A program made the position numbers and the translations under genes. A stretch of 64,000 nucleotides of DNA from Ranitomeya imitator (taxonomy: Eukaryota): assembly GCF_032444005.1 (NCBI RefSeq), contig NC_091282.1, positions 796,390,001 to 796,454,000 on the forward strand. The letters are read 5' to 3'. The notes below the pieces were generated by a model. The model was not told the origin of the DNA. It ran no database searches and was given only the letters and a program-made list of their open reading frames with translations. Shown here one piece after another: positions 24,459-36,106 of the stretch. The stretch's first letter is position 1. The number at the start of each line of letters is the position of its first letter.

Positions 24459-25910
24459 GGACGTTCATCCAGGCTGGGCACGCCACTGGTAATATATTTA
24501 TACTTGTTTATGCACTTTGAGCTCCGCTCCTATATGGCTCTGGTTATATCCACAGTTTACATGTGTCCCTTCAGCTTGCTTCCCACTTAGGTTTCTCGAT
24601 ACCAGTGGTTGCATGTGATACTGCATTTAAGGTTCACTGTGATTGTGTATCATTAATGTCTAATATTTGGGTCAATAGGAGTGCGGTGCAGCATTGATCA
24701 TTTATGATGCCCCAGCCTTGGTGATTCTTAGTTGTGTTGTGAGGTATTCAGGTGTCATCATTTTAATGTTTATTTTTATGAATAAAATTGGTATACTTTT
24801 GCATTCCTTGAGCCATAGTAATTTTTTTCATGTGGCTTTTGTGTTTTATTGGGTATGTGCATATGCAGCACTGGCCTTAAATAATATAACAAAAGCACAA
24901 CACGATCACTACACGGACCCCCGACACTCCTGGATAGTGCTGCTAGCTAGTGTCCTGGCTTCCTCCTCTGGCGGGTAGTGGACATATGGTGACCATGGTT
25001 GGGGGCCAGCTGCTTTCACCCCACGTTGGAAAAGGAAGCTGGAAGACCGCCGGTGGCACAGACAGCAGCAGTTTTTATTAAATTATACAAAAGTCCAGTG
25101 TGGGAGATCAAATATTCAGCATCAAAGTACTGAACCCCACACAATGGATGTCTGTGCTATGAAGATTGGAGAAGACCCCCAGTCATGGACTGTATAGAAA
25201 ACCATTCATTACTATAAACTTGTCCTTCAATTACAAACCTGCCCCTGGAACAATGGACAAAACCCATGAGACACAGCTGCCTGCAACAAAGCTCCTATTC
25301 TATATGACAAAGCTGCTGGCAGGACACGGACCGGAGGGGACTGACACAGAGCATGGTGCTGGCTCATAAAGGCCAATTATAATGTCTGTAATACTGTGAC
25401 CAAGCTGATGAAGCAGAGCTGTGGTGTAAAGAATGGGGGAAATGACCTGCTTTAGGCATTCCATGGCATGTACAGGCTACCCTTGAATATAGTAAGCATA
25501 TGTGCGATAGTATTCATTCCCCAGTGACTATTCCTGCACCGATCAGTTTAAGATCAGAAGTGAACAGCGACTAATATCCAGCTGTAGGTGACCCCCGGCA
25601 CCAGTAGCCCCTCAGATTCAGGCCTGCGGTGCTTCCTTTATATAAGATTACTGGCGGAATCATCTATAAATCCATCACTTACCTACAGTCCTTTACTGCA
25701 ATGAAAACCTCAATGACGGCACTGAATGCAGAGGGATGGGAGACATGAGGGAGCGACTGCAGGAAAGGGAAAGGCTCTAATTCCAGAATCACACATCCTC
25801 ACTCCTGCCTGGAAGTCGTCCACACTCCGGCCCCATCAGGATGTGACACCAGGGAGGGCGAAATGGGGGCAGGAGCAAGGAGGGGAGCATCTGTGCAGAC
25901 TGTCTGTATA

Positions 25911-27996
25911 AGTGCTGGGGAACCCTCAGTCTGGGCTCCGCATAAGCGCTGGAGACCCTCAGGTCGGGCTCCGTATAAGCGCTGGGGGACCCTCAGGTCA
26001 GGCTCCGTATAAGCGCTGGGGGACCCTCAGGTCGGGCTCCGTATAAGCGCTGGGGGACCCTCAGGTCGGGCTCCGTATAAGCGCTGGGGGACCCTCAGGT
26101 CGGGCTCCGTATAAGCGCTGGGGGACCCTCAGGTCAGGCTCCGTATAAGCGCTGGGGACCCTCAGGTCAGGCTCCGTATAAGCGCTGGGGACCCTCAGGT
26201 CGGGCTCCGTGTAAGCGCTGGGGACCCTCAGGTCGGGCTCCGTGTAAGCGCTGGGGACCCTCAGGTCGGGCTCCGTGTAAGCGCTGGGGACCCTCAGGTC
26301 GGGCTCCGTGTAAGCGCTGGGGACCCTCAGGTCGGGCTCCGTGTAAGCGCTGGGGACCCTCAGGTCGGGCTCCGTATAAGCGCTGGGGGACCCTCAGGTC
26401 AGGCTCCGTGTAAGCGCTGAGGGACCCTCAGGTCGGGCTCCGTATAAGCACTGGGGACCCTCAGGTCAGGCTCCGTATAAGCGCTGGGGGACCCTCAGGT
26501 CGGGCTCCGTATAAGCGCTGGGGGACCCTCAGGTCGGGCTCCGTATAAGCGCTGGGGGACCCTCAGGTCGGGCTCCGTATAAGCGCTGGGGGACCCTCAG
26601 GTCGGGCTCCGTATAAGCGCTGGGGGACCCTCAGGTCGGGCTCCGTATAAGCGCTGGGGGACCCTCAGGTCGGGCTCCGTATAAGCGCTGGGGGACCCTC
26701 AGGTCGGGCTCCGTATAAGCGCTGGGGGACCCTCAGGTCGGGCTCCGTATAAGCGCTGGGGACCCTCAGGTCGGGCTCCGTATAAGCGCTGGGGACCCTC
26801 AGGTCGGGCTCCGTATAAGCGCTGGGGACCCTCAGGTCGGGCTCCGTGTAAGCGCTGGGGACCCTCAGGTCGGGCTCCGTGTAAGCGCTGGGGACCCTCA
26901 GGTCGGGCTCCGTGTAAGCGCTGGGGACCCTCAGGTCGGGCTCCGTATAAGCGCTGGGGGACCCTCAGGTCAGGCTCCGTGTAAGCGCTGGGGGACCCTC
27001 AGGTCGGGCTCCGTGTAAGCGCTGGGGGACCCTCAGGTCGGGCTCCGTATAAGCACTGGGGACCCTCAGGTCGGGCTCCGTATAAGCGCTGGGGACCCTC
27101 AGGTCAGGCTCCGTATAAGCGCTGGGGGACCCTCAGGTCGGGCTCCGTAAAAGCGCTGGGGGACCCTCAGGTCGGGCTCCGTGTAAGCGCTGGGGGACCC
27201 TCAGGTCGGGCTCCGTGTAAGCGCTGGGGACCCTCAGGTCAGGCTCCGTATAAGCGCTGGGGACCCTCAGGTCGGGCTCCGTGTAAGCGCTGGGGACCCT
27301 CAGGTCGGGCTCCGTGTAAGCGCTGGGGACCCTCAGGTCGGGCTCCGTGTAAGCGCTGGGGACCCTCAGGTCGGGCTCCGTGTAAGCGCTGGGGACCCTC
27401 AGGTCGGGCTCCGTGTAAGCGCTGGGGACCCTCAGGTCGGGCTCCGTGTAAGCGCTGGAGACCCTCAGGTCGGGCTCCGTGTAAGCGCTGGGGACCCTCA
27501 GGTCGGGCTCCGTGTAAGCGCTGGGGACCCTCAGGTCGGGCTCCGTGTAAGCGCTGGGGGACCCTCAGGTCAGGCTCCATATAAGCGCTGGGGGACCCTC
27601 AGGTCGGGCTCCGTATAAGCGCTGGGGGACCCTCAGGTCAGGCTCCGTGTAAGCGCTGGGGGACCCTCAGGTCAGGCTCCATATAAGCGCTGGGGGACCC
27701 TCAGGTCGGGCTCCGTGTAAGCGCTGGGGGACTCTCAGGTCAGGCTCCGTGTAAGCGCTGGGGACCCTCAGGTCGGGCTCCGTATAAGCGCTGGGGGACC
27801 CTCAGGTCAGGCTCCGTGTAAGCGCTGGGGGACCCTCAGGTCGGGCTCCGTGTAAGCGCTGGGGGACCCTCAGGTCAGGCTCCGTGTAAGCGCTGGGGGA
27901 CCCTCAGGTCAGGCTCCATATAAGCGCTGGGGGACCCTCAGGTCGGGCTCTGTGTAAGCGCTGGGGGACCCTCAGGTCGGGCTCCGTGTAAGCGCT
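25911..27996. repeat. GC-rich 32/33-bp minisatellite, roughly 60-65 copies
   Basis: Unit GGGACCCTCAGGTCGGGCTCCGT(A/G)TAAGCGCTG(G). Confidence 0.97.
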
Positions 27997-28126
27997 GAAG
28001 AACCCAGTCAAACAGTATGGAAATTCCCTTTAAGACCACAAAACCCTGTAGCTAGCACACAATATATCCGTGCTGTGAGATCTATGTATATACGGCACAC
28101 ATATCAGACATGCGCAGTCCTCTCAC

Positions 28127-28230
28127 CTGACCCGGTGGCTCTCCCGGTCTCTTCACCTCACGCCGCTCTTCCCTCGGGCCCAAACGCTCATCCACAGCCC
28201 CCAAGCACAGAACCAAAACACCGGAGCAGG
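28127..28230 (-). other. TECPR2: Probable TECPR2 non-coding first exon
   Basis: Minus-strand donor CAG|GTGAGA at 28127/28126 within the CpG-rich promoter; 5' end approximate. Confidence 0.6.
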
Positions 28231-28307
28231 CCGGCCAATCAGAAACCATGTCCTCGTGACGTCACACCACTTCCGCTGTTAGGCGGAAGTCGGAAGTGAA
28301 TGTTGCT
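28230..28307. promoter_or_regulatory. Bidirectional TECPR2/CINP promoter
   Basis: CCAAT box (GGCCAATCAG), CRE GTGACGTCAC, ETS-type motifs CACTTCCG and GCGGAAGTCGGAAGTG between divergent first exons. Confidence 0.75.
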
Positions 28308-28314
28308 ATGGAGG
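28308..28314 (+). CDS. CINP: CINP exon 1 (ATGGAGG, 7 nt CDS)
   Basis: ATG GAG G|GT restores the frame of exon 2 (M-E-G-K-T-L; human MEAKTL). Confidence 0.75.
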
Positions 28315-28733
28315 GTCACGTGTCCTGCCCCTGACTCCTGACGCGCCAGCGGATGGACAGTGAGTGATCCCTTGTAATACCTTTATCCATACTGTGATCT
28401 CAGTGCAACGGTATGAGAGTACGGTAAGCTTCCGTAGCAACCAATCAGGACGCAGCTTTCATTTTCTCTAATGAGAGCAGCACTCTGATTGGTTGGCTCC
28501 ACTTATTTTTTTTTTTTTTTTTTTTTGCTACATTTTCCTTTACGGCGTTTGCCAGATTTACACAATTTTTTTCCACCACAGTAACAAAGATTTCTAAAAC
28601 TCTGTCTCTTCCCAGTGTCATTAAAAGACACCGCCTGAGTCAGAATGTCTCCTGATTAAAGGGGCTTTCCAGCACTTTTTTTTTAAAAAATTCTTACATC
28701 CCCATATTTAAATTCTTATTTTTTTAAATTCAG

Positions 28734-28887
28734 GTAAAACCCTTAAAAAAACGGCGTTGACGGGCAGCGCCAGGAAGATCAAAGACAACGCTGCCGACTG
28801 GCACAACCTGATGCTGAGATGGGAGAGCTGCAATGACACGGCTTTCAGTGCTGCCAACAAGATCGTCAATCTCAAAATCAGCGGCCT
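28734..28887 (+). CDS. CINP: CINP exon 2
   Basis: SARKIKDNAADWHNLMLRWESCNDTAFSAANKIVNLKIS matches human SARKIKDNAADWHNLILKWETLND. Confidence 0.96.
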
Positions 28888-28932
28888 GTAAGTGATGTAA
28901 GGGGTTAATCTGCCAAGGTATTTTACCGTATA

Positions 28933-29095
28933 CAGTGGGGGAAATAAGTATTTGATCCCCTGCAGATTTTGCACGTTTTCCCACCTACAAATAATGCAGA
29001 GGTCTGTAATTTTTTATCGTAGATACACTTCAACTGTGAGAGGCAGAATCTAAAAATAAAAAACAGAAAATCACATTGTAGGATTGTTACATAAT
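28933..29095 (+). mobile_element. Tc1-like left terminus fragment
   Basis: TA|CAGTGGGGGAAATAAGTATTTGATCCC; no matching right end seen. Confidence 0.6.
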
Positions 29096-29413
29096 ACAGC
29101 ATCTACTGTACATAGACAATATCATCTGCTGGTAATGTTATCTTTCTTTTTGGAAGCAGCTGCCATTTTTACCAACTGTGGAGCTTTAATGTAGTCACAA
29201 AGTCACCAAGACCGGACCTGTAGATACCTGTGATCTCCACTACAGGGCAGTCTGTACAATGCCGGGGATATAATAAAGCATTTATGCTGCGGGTTTATTA
29301 AAGGGACATTGCAAAGGAGCACATTACACCGATACGCAGATATCTAATGATGATGGGTGATGCGCCCCTTTAAGTACCACTCATGAACAGTGAGACAACT
29401 TCTTTTTTCCTAG

Positions 29414-29522
29414 ATCATATGAGAAGCTGGTAGTAGACGACACGGCGTCTGCTCATGAGAGTCCGAACAAAGAAGAACTGGAAAGATTGTGCTCAGAATT
29501 ACTGGACCTGTTGAAGAGAATG
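29414..29522 (+). CDS. CINP: CINP exon 3
   Basis: ..NKEELERLCSELLDLLKRM; AG/GT, phase 2-0. Confidence 0.9.
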
Positions 29523-29603
29523 GTCTGTCTCTTCCCAAATTGTTTGTTTTTCCTCAGTTTTGCATAAAGTTTCATATTTGTAAATGTTTTTATCTTGTAA
29601 AAG

Positions 29604-29733
29604 AGCCAAATTCAGCTGAAAATGGAGAAGTTGACATCCACGTTCAAAGGCGTGTGTGACCTGGAGGATTATCAGTGCCAGGGCGAAAATCACCGGCCGA
29701 TACTTTTCCTTACATGGCCAACAAAGCTGTTCT
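29604..29733 (+). CDS. CINP: CINP exon 4
   Basis: SQIQLKMEKLTSTFKGVCDLEDY..RPILFLTWPTKLF. Confidence 0.93.
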
Positions 29734-29837
29734 GTAAGTATTTTGTGTTTAGGACGTGCAGATTTAAAAGTAGCCTGTCAGCAGGATTGTGCTCAGTAGC
29801 TACAGACAGTGTCAGGTCGGCGCCGTTATACTGATTA

Positions 29838-30006
29838 GGGTTCCTTCTCACTTGCAAGAAATACGTCCGAGTCTCGCAGGTTAAAACCCTGCTCTGGCAC
29901 CTGCACTCCAGAGCGGAGCTGCATGCTCCACTCTAAGGTGCCGCCGCCAGAGCTGGGTTTTAACCTGCGAGACTCGGACGTATTTCTCGCAAGTGAGAAG
30001 GAGCCC
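29838..30006. mobile_element. Short PIF/Harbinger-type MITE
   Basis: Palindromic, TIR GGG(T/C)TCCTTCTCACTTGC, TTA duplication. Confidence 0.85.
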
Positions 30007-30077
30007 TTACACTGATATCTGGTGATGAAATCTGTCTTGTGGTTGTTGTGGAATCTTTATTTGTAGTTATGAGTTAA

Positions 30078-30733
30078 AGGGAACCTGTCAGCAGATTTTG
30101 CCGCTATATTATGCGGCCACTGCCTTTCTTGGTTTATCTACAGCAAGTGAAGAAAAATAAGTTATATTATACTCATCCGGGGGGCGGTCAGGTCTGATGG
30201 GTGTCGCAGGTCCCGGGTCCAGCGCCTCCCATTCTCATGCAATGTCGTCATCCTGCTTTCTTCGTGCCGTGCTCCTTCGCAGGCTTACTGATCTGCCCTG
30301 TTGAGGGCAGAGTAAAGTGCTGCAGTGCGCAGGCATCGGGCCTCTCTGACCTTTCCCAGCGGCTGCAGTACTTTACTCTGCCCTCAACAGGGCAGATCAG
30401 TAAGCCTGCGAAGGAGCATAATGCCTGGGAGCGATGAAAAAGCAGGAGGGCGGCGTCACACTATGTCTCGGAAGTATTTTGCTCTGTTCTGTGACATAGG
30501 GCGCGGGCACATGCGCAGTAATGCTTTTCGGCTTTGCCCGCAGTTGGGCAAAGCATACTGCGCGTGCGAAGATTGCATGGCGCACGCGCCAACTATGGAG
30601 CACAAGTACTCTAATTCTCGAACATATTGTGTACAACAGGGACGGATGGGGTGGAGAAATGAAGACGAAACGCCGCCCATCGGACCAGAAAAAAGGCATT
30701 TACAGTTTCCCAATTTGAGGTGACAGGTTCCCT
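30078..30733. mobile_element. T2/Kolobok-type MITE
   Basis: TTAA|AGGGAACCTGTCA ... TGACAGGTTCCCT|TTA. Confidence 0.85.
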
Positions 30734-30736
30734 TTA

Positions 30737-30932
30737 GGCCGGGATCACACATGCGAGAAACACGTCCGTGTCTCACATGTGAAATCCAAGCCCTGACGCC
30801 GGCACTTGGGAGCTGAGTGTGCAGCTCCATGTGTTGCTATGCGGCCGCACGCTCCGCTCCACAGTGGCGGCGCCACAGCTTGGGTTTCACATGCGAGACA
30901 CGGACGTGTTTCTCGCATGTGTGATCCCGGCC
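30737..30932. mobile_element. PIF/Harbinger-type MITE inserted in the right TTAA of the preceding element
   Basis: TIR GGCCGGGATCACACATGCGAG, TTA duplication. Confidence 0.88.
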
Positions 30933-31424
30933 TTAAAGTAGGATAATTAGGTGAATAAAACTTTATTTACTATATGTGAAGAATAACAAAAAAATTGCTT
31001 TTTTGTTTTCTTGTTCTCTTAATTGCACTCTGGAAATGTCCTCATTTACCCCTTTAACACCCTATTATAAGGGCAGGTGCAGACGACTAATTTTGATAGA
31101 TCGCACTTGGACCAATGTTATCCTATGGGGCAGTGCACGTCTGACTTGTTTTTTTTCTTCTCCTACGAGGGGTAGGGGGTTGAGATAAAAAAAACTTCTC
31201 AGCATGCACGATTTGCCTCGGAATCTGATAGCACTTGCCTATTCATGTCTGCGGGTTGGTGGAAAACGCCAGTCGCATTCTGCCACTCGTATCAGTAACC
31301 GGACAGATTTTCTCGGATGGAGAATACAAGGTCATCAGCACTTGCTCGGAGACATTTCTCTCCTGCCCTTTCCATCACACAACTTGCTGACTGAACCCCT
31401 TTTTACTGCTTTCTTGTGTTGCAG

Positions 31425-31627
31425 ACGAGACCTCCTTAAAGATGTCCGAAATGTATAAAAAGGAAATTACCCTGAAGAAGACTATTGTGGGAGAGATTGC
31501 ACACACCACAGATCAGGACTTGTTAATGGTGTATCTGTCCTGCTGGTTATATCAGCCCTACATCGATAGTGGTAGTAAAGTCCTGCTCGAGAGCATGCTG
31601 CTGGAGACTGGGCACCGGACCTTTTAA
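31425..31627 (+). CDS. CINP: CINP exon 5 (last; total CDS 603 nt, 200 aa)
   Basis: MYKKEITLKKTIVGEIAHT..WLYQPYIDS..LLESMLLETGHRTF* matches the human CINP C-terminus. Confidence 0.97.
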
Positions 31628-31709
31628 TGGGGACATTTCCTGAATTATGGTCTTCACATGCATTTTTCTCCTAGCCTAAGGCTGGATGGCGACACTGGTC
31701 ACCCTGTTA

Positions 31710-32405
31710 GGCCAGTTTCACACGTCAGTGGCTCCGGTACGTGAGGTGACAGTTTCCTCACGTACCGGAGACACTGACTCACGTAGACACATTAAAATCA
31801 ATGTGTCTCTGCACATGTCAGCGTGTTTTCACGGACCGTGTGTCCGTTTGAAAAACACAGAGACATGTCAGTGTTTGTGGGAACGCACGGATCACACGGA
31901 CCCATTAAAGTCAATGGGTTTGTGTAAAACATGTACCGCACACGGATGCTGTCCGTGTGCCGGGCAGGAGACCGCGCTACTGTAAGCGCTGTCCCCCCAG
32001 CATGTGGTGCTGAAGCCCCATTCATTTCTTCTCTCCAGCAGCGTTCGCTGGAGAGAAGGAATGAAAAAATTTTTTTTTTGTTAAAATAAAGTTCCCGGTA
32101 ATCTCCCCCCTCCCTCCCCCTGTGCGCCCGCCCGCTGGCATTAAAATACTTACCCAGCTCCCTCGATGCTTCCTCTCAGCGTCGCAGCTCTTCCTGTATG
32201 AGCGGTCACGTGGTGCCGCACATTAAAGTGATGAATATGCGGCTCCACCTCCCATAGGGGTGGAGCCACATATTCATCACTGTAATAAGCGGCACCACGT
32301 GACCGAACGTGTGCCACACTGATGTGCCACGTGAGCACAGGGACACGGATAACTGCGGTACCGATTTCTCCGGAACCGGAATTATCTGGACGTGTGGGAC
32401 AGGCC
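31710..32405. mobile_element. PIF/Harbinger-type MITE
   Basis: GGCCAGTTTCACACGTC / GACGTGTGGGACAGGCC, TTA duplication. Confidence 0.75.
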
Positions 32406-35306
32406 TTACTTTGCATTTGATTATTGGCAATGAGGTCACACATGCAACCACCACAACAAATCCAATACTGGGATTTGGAGTCAAACGGCAGAATTTTCCC
32501 ACCTGCAAATTGCAAGAAACTTGAATGTGTCCTGAGTGCAGTTTTTTTTCCCCCAGCACTAAAGTAGTTGCACAATTTTTTTTTTCTTTGACTTGTGACA
32601 GCTGTCTTAAAGGCAATGTGTAGAAGATGTAAGTGGTTTACGTACTTTTGGATAAAAAATTTCAAATATTTAATAATACAGAAATTGTATGCAGCTCCCA
32701 TGCAGTCCTAGTGTCTCCATGATCATGAACTAGAAATACTGTTGTCAGATCCTGCAGCTGAATGCTACCGTGCAGGCTGAACAAAGAGGAGGAAAGTGAT
32801 CAGAGGCGGCAGAGACACACATGACCGCAGGATCAGACTATACACAGGGTAGAGATACATTAGTGCAGGAGCTGCATACAGAAAACGGTAGGAGATTCCA
32901 TCAAGCATAGCAATACGAAATGGTTGGCAAAGTATAAAAAAATGGCATGAACATTTCTCCATCCATCATTATGGCACCCATATTGTAAAAAAGTTGACTT
33001 TTCTCAAATCAACTACCTATTCTATGGTTCCTGGAATATAGAATGGACGCCAGTCACTGTAGGGTTAACCCTTGAATGACTCCTCAGGGTTTGTGACAAC
33101 AGAACAGTTTAATTTCTCATGATAAATACCCCTGCCTGAAGATTGTTGGGTATAATAACGACGTACGGATGACACAGACTTCATTCATGAAAAATGTTTA
33201 TTGAGCAGTAAAAGGCAATTACATGTTTTGTTTCTCCCACAAATATTATACAGAAAGATGTTATCCTTTTAAGAACACAATATATATATATTTTTTTTTT
33301 TATTATTTATTTTACATTTCCACTAAAATGCTGATAAACTTTACAAATAAAGCAATGGAAATGGGAAATGAGTTTGTCTCAGTCGTTACTTTTGTACCTA
33401 GTGCCTTCTCTCGTCACCATGAAGTTCAATAGTAGAAAAGGTTTCTGTTTGGAGAAGCAGAAACGCATCGGGGGTTGTACCTCACTGAGAATCATATAGA
33501 TATAGTAGGGGTCTGGCTGAACAAAAAAAAAAAAATAACCAAGGTCACAGCTAAACCTTTAGCTGATCTATGTGACCAAACAGCATGGGCTTGGGGTGGG
33601 TGACTACATAACACAGCCTTTAAAGGGTTATTCCGACCTTCTTAAAATTATGTGTTCATGTTTAGTAAGGAACCAGCTTTTTTTTCTTTGCAAGTCAGCA
33701 GATTATTTCCACTGTGTTAATGGCGCATTGCAGAGCTATCTCATTTCAGAAAGGGAGCAGAATTCAGAATGCAGCTCTTGCTGTGACTCCAGAATAGCTG
33801 ACAAAGAAGGAAAACAAAAGTAACAACGGCAAATTAAAGGTAAATTCAAGAACGGTCTAGAAAAATTTACACGTAGACCTTGTAGGAAGATCGATCATAG
33901 ATGACTACAGGAAACTGCAATCTGAACACCATCATCCAGGATTAGAATAATAGAACTTCCTAATAAAACAGCGCCTCCTCGTCCGCAGGTTGTGTGAGGA
34001 ATTTCAGCTCTATGACTTGAGCTGCAGTACCAGACCCAACCTGTAGACAGGGGAGGCAGTTTTCCCGGACAACCCTTTTAACACAGTTTATAACTCCAGA
34101 CTCAGAGTAGGAGCTTAATAAACGTCTTAACCTCACTTACCTTGATCTACACCAAATAAATGTTGCGGCGTATAAAATGCAAGACTGCGTTCCCAAAAAA
34201 GCGTGGCAACCCCCAATATCCATAGTCTCAAACCTAATTCGGGAAGCCACAGAAAGGGGAGAAATCTGATTGTCTAACGCGACTACAGCCCCATTATTTA
34301 CTGCTCTGATGATAGTTCTTTTCTCTAAGCAGTAGGACTGGAACGCTCCCCTTGTCTCATGTGGTCGTGTCTGGGCCTTTTCTTGCATGCACTACTCCGG
34401 ACCGTTGCATGCTGCATTTCCCCCCCCCCCCCCAATAGTCCAAATGGAAATATCAATTGTATGCATTGCACATATAGATCGAAAATACATTAGTCTGAAT
34501 GATCCCTTAAAGGGATTTTCACCCTTGAGAAATTTTTCTTATTTACTGAAATACATATCTTTTCGACTTAAAAAAATTCTGCCATTGGGTTTCATTAAAA
34601 GTTTGGCAGGATACGCCTTCTCTTTATTGCATAGTCGACTGAGTTAGAAAATGAGCCTTGGCTCATTCATCTCAGCGACATCATCGTTAGGAGAGTTGAA
34701 GGGTTCCCACATCCCACTACTTAGATGCCCCAATCTCACCCGATGCTCCCATACACAGGAGCGCCGTTGTGTTCACTAGCAGAGAGTCACCACCAGACGT
34801 CTCAAATGGCGATTTGTTGTAAATAGGATCAAAATAAAGATCATATTAAAAGCCAAAACGATGCAACATTTTTAGTAAAACATTTTGTAGTTCCAAATAC
34901 AGTTAAAAAAAAAAAAGTGGACAACCCCTTTAAGAAAAATATTTCTCTTGCTGCTGTCTTCTGCTTGCATCGTACCGTTCGGACTGGATTCCATCGTTAC
35001 AATCACTGAACTAAGACATTAGATCCGTCTGAATTTTAAGGTTTGCCTTCGCTGACAGCAAGCAGAATCCTTGGAAATGGCGAGCAATTGAAAAAAAAAA
35101 AAAAAGTCAGAAAAGGTGGACTGACTCAGTCATAGCGGTCAATAGTGCAAATTTTCTGTTCAGAAAAGGACTCCATTGAGAAAAAATAAACTTCATATAA
35201 AGGATTTATAAATCAGATAAAGAGTCGATCGCAGAAGAATATATAAAGGGAACTTCCTACATTTATTAGAAAAATCCACACGTCAAAAAAAATCCGAAAA
35301 TTAGAT

Positions 35307-35917
35307 TCACTTAATTTCCATTAGGGCCGCCACCGTGTCCTGCGGGTGAGCGGGGGGCTCGAATATTACACCCGCCTCGCCCACTGCAGCTCCTTCCGAG
35401 TGGTGAACAAACACCAAGTCCTGTCCATATTGGAAGTCAAAGGCTTGTGAGCCAGAGTCACTGGCAATGATGTCTGGGGGGATTAAGGCGTCTACACCTT
35501 GGAAGCTTTCGCTGCATGTCTTTTCGGTAATGGTTTGTGGAGGAGCATCAGAAGGGAGGGCAAAGTCAGCCGGAGAACACGGGAGCGGAGGGACAAGGCT
35601 TCCTGGTAAAACCTCATTGGGCCGTGTGCCCTCCTGTGTAATATGGCTGCAACATTCATCACCTGGACTTTCTGCTGAACGATCCGTGGAGATCTGTACG
35701 GAGTCACCCGATTCTCCACCAAGTAGTGGAGGAGCAGTCGCCATAACGTCCTGTTCTATGCCACATGGAATAGAGGCTGGAGTGGTGATCACAGGCAGCT
35801 CTTTAGCTTCTTCCTCCATCACATTTGTCAGAGATGTTTCACAAACTTGTATGGTACAATTTATTGTAACATCAGAACTTGTGTCATTTCCACAAAGTAA
35901 TTCATCAGTCATGAGAT
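35307..35917 (-). CDS. ZNF839: ZNF839 probable last exon
   Basis: Acceptor TGCAG|AT, phase 1 matches upstream exon; open to TGA; summed CDS 2793 nt (930 aa); low sequence conservation. Confidence 0.75.
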
Positions 35918-35964
35918 CTGCACGAAATAAGAAAACAGGTTACACAAAGTTATCCTACAAAATA

Positions 35965-36105
35965 TAACTACTCTGATACTGCCCCCTATGTACAAGAATA
36001 TAACTACTATAATAGCGCCCATATGTACAAGAATATTCCTACTATAATACTGCCCCCTATGTACAAGAATATACTATAAATACTGTCCCTTGTGAACAAG
36101 AATAT
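35965..36105. repeat. Short degenerate minisatellite (~36 bp, ACTATAATACTGCCCCCTATGTACAAGAAT)
   Basis: About 4 degenerate copies. Confidence 0.75.
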
Positions 36106-36106
36106 A

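Larger units (their letters stand above)
20814..24850. mobile_element. Penelope-like element, 5'-truncated, inverted (head-to-head) duplicate with 17-bp TSD
   Basis: GIY-YIG C-terminus on both arms; arms 20874-22874 / 23055-24850; TSD GGGTATGTGCATATGCA at 20797-20813 and 24851-24867. Confidence 0.92.

Noticed and set aside
25911-27996. CRISPR-like periodicity and ORF 27239..27580
   Set aside because: Head-to-tail repeats with no unique spacers, no cas genes, eukaryotic context
35467-35967. Plus-strand 166-aa ORF, and similar antisense ORFs at 46437-46955 and over the DIRS bodies
   Set aside because: Shadow frames opposite real coding or retroelement sequence; no independent signals
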